A stretch of 40,000 nucleotides of DNA from Stigonema ocellatum SAG 48.90 = DSM 106950. GTDB lineage: Bacteria > Cyanobacteriota > Cyanobacteriia > Cyanobacteriales > Nostocaceae. The stretch lies in NCBI GenBank assembly GCA_016903675.1, contig JADQBA010000016.1:60238-100237 (forward strand), read 5' to 3'. Positions 34,640 through 40,000 of the stretch are shown one piece after another (positions within the stretch are counted from its first letter, which is position 1; the number at the start of each line of letters is the position of its first letter). The notes beneath the pieces are model-generated. The model was not told the DNA's origin. It worked only from the letters and a program-made list of their open reading frames with translations, and ran no database searches. The position numbers and the translations under genes were made by a program.

Positions 34640-34719
34640 AATCTCTTGCAAAAGTCATGAGTCTTGGTTTGCGTCTTTGCGTCTTTGCGTGAGGCAAAAA
34701 AAGATTTCTGCAAGAGATT
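34640..34719. repeat. Hairpin-type dispersed repeat (arms AATCTCTTGCARAARTC) flanking a TTTGCGTC octamer x3; fills the convergent intergenic gap
   Basis: aatctcttgca (34640-34650) is the exact reverse complement of tgcaagagatt (34709-34719). The internal sequence is tttgcgtctttgcgtctttgcgtg. Confidence 0.75.
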
Positions 34720-37025
34720 TAATCAACAGGTAATAGCGTAATAGTCTTGTCTCCATTACCACTAGCGACGGTCTTACCATCTGGGCTAAAGGCAACGCAA
34801 TAAATCGGTTCTTCATTTCCTGTAAAAGTACGGAGTTCCTTACCCGTATCCACCTGCCAAAACTTGATCGTCTTGTCTTTACTACCACTGGCTAGAGTCT
34901 TGCCATCTGGGCTGAATGCAACAGAATAGATTTCGTCAGAATGCCCCGTGAGAGTACGGATTTCTTTACCACTTGACAGTTGCCAAATCTTGATTGTCTT
35001 GTCTGTACTACCACTGGCTAGAGTCTTGCCGTCAGGACTGAATGCAATAGAATTAATTCCGCCAAATAAGTTAGAATGTCCACTGAGGGTAAGGAATTTA
35101 TTTTCATCCAGATACCAAATTTTGATAGTTTTATCATCCATAGCACCGCTACTAGCTAAAATCTTGCCATCCGGGCTAAAAGCAACGCACAAAACCTCGT
35201 CCGCATGTCCTGGAATAGTATATATTCCTTTATACTTTTCAATCGACCAAAGCTTGATGGTCTTATCTTTACTGCCACTGGCTAAAGTCTTTCCATCCGG
35301 ACTAAACGCTATAGAGTAAACCTTGTTTTCATGCCCTGTAAAAGTGCAGATTTCCTTTCCTGTCACCACATCCCACAACTTTATGATTTTGTCATCATAA
35401 CCACTAGCGATCTGCTTGCCATTAGGACTGAATGCAACTGAATTAACCCCTCCAAAATAGGAAGATTCTTCGTATCCCTTGAGAGTGCGGGGTTCATTGC
35501 TAGCCAAATTCCAAATTTTTATGGTTTTGTCATTACTACCACTGGCTAAAGTCTGACCATCAGGACTAAAAGCGACAGACATAACCTTATCTGAATGTCC
35601 TTTAAGAGTTCGTATTAATATTAAGTTCTGCTTTATTGGCTGTGATGTAAGTGTAGTGACATCTGGTGTAACCGCCTTAGTTATTTTGTCATCTAACAGA
35701 GGATTAGAGCCTTCCTCTAGCGCAACAGGTGAGGGATTTTGAGAAGAACTTGTTGGCGATGCCTGAGGTGGTACTGGTATTGGTGATTTGGAGACGGCGC
35801 TTTCTGGGGGTTCCTCGACTTGAGGCACCAGGGGAGGGGTTTCCTTGATAGAATTAAGTGGCGTGCGAGTACTGTCGGACTGCCATTCGGTTGCTGATGG
35901 CTGTTGAGGACTGGAGTCTTTTTTTACCACAATTGGTGATGTATTTTGAGAAGCACTTGTTTGCGGCGTCTGTGGTGGTACTAGTGCTAGAGATTGGGTG
36001 GTTGCTTGAGGTTTTTGAAGCTTGAAACCTTCTAGTTTTCTAATTTTCTCTGACGTACCCTGTGAGTCCTGCTCAGCCAACGTCAGCGACAGGGTTAATA
36101 CTTGCACTTCAGTCTGGATCTGAGCGATCGCGTACTTTAATTCCTCTATATGTTTTTGAGTATTTATACTTATTTCTCCCATAAGGGCATCAAGTTGAGT
36201 TAAACGCTGTCTGAGTTCATCGATATTATGCTCCTGCTGATTGCGCTGCATTTCCTGGATCTGTTGTTGAGTTGTTTTACTTAACTGTTGTGTTAAGGCA
36301 TCAAGTTGAGTCAGACGCTGGCTGAGCGGCTCAATCTGCTTCTGAGTACTTGTACTCAATTGTTTCATGAGGGCATCAAGTTGAGTCAAACGCTGCCTGA
36401 AATCGTCAATCTTATAGTCCTGCTGGTTGCGCTGTAATTCCTGGATCTGTTGAGTAGTAGTTCTACTTAAGTGTTGTGTTAAGGCATCAAGTTGAGTCAG
36501 ACGCTGGCTGAGCGGCTCAATGTGATTCTCAGTATTTATACTTAGTTGTTCCGTGAGAGCATCAAGTTGATTCAGGTGCTGGCTAAAAGCGTCAACATTC
36601 TGCTCCTGTTGGTTGCGCTTTAATTCCTGGATCTGTTGAGTAGTGGTTATACTCAACTGTTGTGTCAAGGAGTCAAGTTTAGTGAGACGCTGCGAAAAAA
36701 CATCGACGCTCAGTTGCTGGTTATTCCGTAATTGTTCAAGCTGCTGGCTAGTTGTTGTACTCAGTTTTTGCGTAAAGTTATCGAAGTTTTCGAGGCGCTG
36801 TCTGAGTGGGTCGATCAGTAAGTCTAGTCTGGTGAGGGCTGCTTGGTGATCCTGCTGGTTCAAATACTTTAACCTTTCCCGATTAGCTACGTTCAAGCCG
36901 ATAGTTAAAGTCAAAGGCGCTACGGCGTAGACAATTTGTTGAGTGACTGCTGCTGTGACGATGCCAATTGTAGACAGAGAAAGGGAGACATATTCGCTAA
37001 CTTCGAGCCAGTGGAGTTGTGTCAT
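34719..37025 (-). CDS. Membrane-anchored coiled-coil / Pro-rich linker / 7xWD40 repeat protein
   Basis: 768-aa ORF. It has an N-terminal hydrophobic segment, then repeated QRLTQLDALTQQLS units. Two P/S/Q-rich stretches follow. Seven WD blades (IKIWNL, IKLWDV, IKLWSI, IKIWYL, IKIWQL, IKFWQV, ITLLPV) complete the protein. Confidence 0.8.
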   Translation of the reverse strand: MTQLHWLEVSEYVSLSLSTIGIVTAAVTQQIVYAVAPLTLTIGLNVANRERLKYLNQQDHQAALTRLDLLIDPLRQRLENFDNFTQKLSTTTSQQLEQLRNNQQLSVDVFSQRLTKLDSLTQQLSITTTQQIQELKRNQQEQNVDAFSQHLNQLDALTEQLSINTENHIEPLSQRLTQLDALTQHLSRTTTQQIQELQRNQQDYKIDDFRQRLTQLDALMKQLSTSTQKQIEPLSQRLTQLDALTQQLSKTTQQQIQEMQRNQQEHNIDELRQRLTQLDALMGEISINTQKHIEELKYAIAQIQTEVQVLTLSLTLAEQDSQGTSEKIRKLEGFKLQKPQATTQSLALVPPQTPQTSASQNTSPIVVKKDSSPQQPSATEWQSDSTRTPLNSIKETPPLVPQVEEPPESAVSKSPIPVPPQASPTSSSQNPSPVALEEGSNPLLDDKITKAVTPDVTTLTSQPIKQNLILIRTLKGHSDKVMSVAFSPDGQTLASGSNDKTIKIWNLASNEPRTLKGYEESSYFGGVNSVAFSPNGKQIASGYDDKIIKLWDVVTGKEICTFTGHENKVYSIAFSPDGKTLASGSKDKTIKLWSIEKYKGIYTIPGHADEVLCVAFSPDGKILASSGAMDDKTIKIWYLDENKFLTLSGHSNLFGGINSIAFSPDGKTLASGSTDKTIKIWQLSSGKEIRTLTGHSDEIYSVAFSPDGKTLASGSKDKTIKFWQVDTGKELRTFTGNEEPIYCVAFSPDGKTVASGNGDKTITLLPVD

Positions 37026-37055
37026 AGGTAGACTGCTGTACTTGGTGGTTGAAGA

Positions 37056-37122
37056 GGGGATTGGGGACTGGCGACTGGGGACTGGTGAATGGGGACTGGG
37101 TAATGGGGACTGGTGACTGGGA
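37056..37122. repeat. STRR1-like heptamer array (GGGGACT and variants, about 9.5 copies) followed by an inverted partial copy
   Basis: ggggatt ggggact ggcgact ggggact ggtgaat ggggact gggtaat ggggact ggtgact. In addition, gggtaatggggact (37098-37111) is the exact reverse complement of agtccccattaccc (37144-37157). Confidence 0.9.
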
Positions 37123-37208
37123 ATATGCTATTCCCCAATAAAGAGTCCCCATTACCCACAGTTGGCTAAAAGCAAATGCGTCGGTTGGCGAAAACTTCAT
37201 TTGAATTG

Positions 37209-38921
<1,713 letters not shown>

Positions 38922-38951
38922 AAATGGTATCATTATATGTGTTATCCATTT

Positions 38952-39316
38952 GGGGCTGTAGCTCAGCTGGATAGAGCGAGCGCCTCCTGAACTATCGGGC
39001 ACCATAGAGGAAACTCTATGAGTGAATGTGGTTAAATTCGGTGAACCCTAAAAAGTGAGAAGTCCGTTGTCACACTCAAGTGTGATGATTAGGGCAAAAG
39101 CTACCAGATTATTGGTGCTGAGACTTTATGGGAATACCGAGCCAAGCCTGAGTTGAAACGACAGACCAATATTACAAGTTCGACTCAGGAAGGTGTAGAG
39201 ACTAGTAAGCCACCACCTAAGGGCTTTAAGTCTAGGGTGAAGGTATAGTCCAGAGAGTGGGGAAACTCACACAAATCTGAAGCGCTAGGTCGCCGGTTCG
39301 AATCTGGCCAGTCCCG
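38952..39316 (+). tRNA. trnR: tRNA-Arg(CCU) interrupted by a group I intron after anticodon position 36
   Basis: Hand fold of exon 1 (38952-38988): GGGGCTG TA GCTC AGCTGGATA GAGC G AGCGC CT CCT. Exon 2 (39280-39316): AA GCGCT AGGTC GCCGG TTCGAAT CTGGC CAGTCCC G. All four stems pair, with one G-U in each of the acceptor and T stems. A20 is present and the anticodon is CCT. Confidence 0.85.
38989..39279 (+). ncRNA. Group I intron (IC3, Azoarcus-like core), 291 nt, no ORF
   Basis: Core blocks match the Azoarcus tRNA intron as I remember it: gtggttaaattcggtgaaccctaa, ccgagccaagc and gaaggtgtagagactagtaagccaccacctaaggg. The last 5' exon base is U and the intron ends in G (39279). The intron GGG at 38997-38999 can pair with exon CCU (P1, including U-G). 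Confidence 0.8.
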
Positions 39317-39475
39317 TTATCTCAAAAAAAATTAAATAAATTTAGTCGGATAAGCTTTGTATCTGCTTGAATAGCTAATAAAATTGTTCATGGTTTGGGT
39401 AACGCCTGTTGCTTTTCAGTACAGGTGGTATTAAATATGCATAAGTAACCCCTATTTGCCTTGTTGAGTGGCAAC

Positions 39476-40000
39476 TTGAAGAAGTTACTATCTAAAAGTC
39501 TTTCTTTTCGATTTACGATCTTAGCCCTACCACTCATGCTGTTGTGGGGTTATAAGGAGATCCAAAACCAATTTCTCCAACCCCAGGCAATTTTAGTCTT
39601 GGGTGGTTCAACAACGAAATTAGAGCGAGAGAAGTTTACAGCAGATTTTGCTCGTAAACATCCCACGTTACCCATTTGGATTTCTGGAGGTAGTCCCCCA
39701 AGGGTGACTAGACAGGTGTTTGTCAAAGCCGGGATTAATACTAAGCGGTTACACTTAGACTATGAAGCAAATAATACAGTAGAGAACTTCACCACCATAG
39801 TAGAAGATTTGAAAGAACACGGGATCAAGAGTGTGTATTTGATTACTTCCGATTTCCATATGCGCCGTGCTACAGTTGTAGGCGAGATTGTTTTAGGTAG
39901 TCAGGGCATCAATTTCAAACCAGTGTCGGTTCCTTCTGAACACTCACCTGAGCCAATTGCAAAATCTATCCGCGATGGAGTGAGAGCTATACTTTGGGTA
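39476..40000 (+). CDS. DUF218 (YdcF/ElyC-like) protein, partial, running off the window end; start uncertain (TTG at 39461, 39464 or 39476)
   Basis: My translation reads LKKLLSKSLSFRFTILALPLMLLWGY...QAILVLGGSTTKLEREKF...LDYEANNTVENFTTIV...VYLITSDFHMRRA. The frame opens after a TAA at 39446-39448, and no stop occurs before 40000. Confidence 0.7.
   Translation, partial: MKKLLSKSLSFRFTILALPLMLLWGYKEIQNQFLQPQAILVLGGSTTKLEREKFTADFARKHPTLPIWISGGSPPRVTRQVFVKAGINTKRLHLDYEANNTVENFTTIVEDLKEHGIKSVYLITSDFHMRRATVVGEIVLGSQGINFKPVSVPSEHSPEPIAKSIRDGVRAILWV

Noticed and set aside
34948-35319. 123-aa plus-strand ORF; the same applies to 36643-36849
   Set aside because: It is antisense to the 768-aa WD40/coiled-coil gene.

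Overview
This looks like chromosomal DNA from a filamentous, Nostocales-type cyanobacterium. Supporting signs are frequent HIP1 octamers (GCGATCGC, e.g. tandem at 1437-1450), STRR-like 7-8 nt tandem arrays, large WD40/CHAT proteins, a tocopherol cyclase gene and a tRNA gene split by a group I intron. All family calls rest on motifs I read in the translations; no searches were run.

Gene content, left to right:
- 1-1834: an APH-type kinase translationally coupled to a possible HopA1-like protein that runs off the window.
- 1835-2577: a repeat- and MITE-filled spacer.
- 2578-4380: a TMEM14-like membrane protein and a DUF815-type ATPase.
- 4490-10326: a Shango-like three-gene set. It comprises a membrane/coiled-coil protein with a TerB-C-like tail, a DUF2791/BrxCD-type ATPase and a DEAD/DEAH helicase. 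A 0.9 kb insert carrying a haemagglutinin-gene remnant and hairpin repeats splits it.
- 10.3-15 kb: an accessory stretch with a MITE, an integrase fragment, VapBC, an HNH nuclease with a small partner, a Panacea (DUF4065) antitoxin with an unclassified putative toxin, and a truncated MazG-like gene.
- 15.1-25.7 kb: the most interesting block.
  - It holds a Dpd-like 7-deazaguanine DNA-modification module. The module consists of queD, a 711-aa fusion of an unknown N-terminal domain to a DpdA-type transglycosylase, a second divergent TGT-fold protein and a DGQHR DpdB/DndB-like protein.
  - The module is flanked by two nuclease-motor pairs: a UvrD-like helicase with a Cas4-like Fe-S nuclease, and NurA with HerA.
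  - Both motor genes look damaged. UvrD carries a single in-frame TAA, and HerA lacks its Walker-A half.
- 26.5-31.1 kb: a roughly 1500-aa CHAT-like/NB-ARC/pentapeptide/14xWD40 STAND protein.
- 31.3-33.4 kb: a ParDE cassette sitting between GNAT and GMC-oxidoreductase gene remnants.
- 33.7-38.9 kb: a metallophosphoesterase, a 768-aa TM/coiled-coil/WD40 protein with 186-bp internal tandem repeats, a J-domain/TPR protein and tocopherol cyclase.
- 38952-39316: tRNA-Arg(CCU) interrupted by a 291-nt Azoarcus-like (IC3) group I intron.
- 39476-40000: a partial DUF218 gene.
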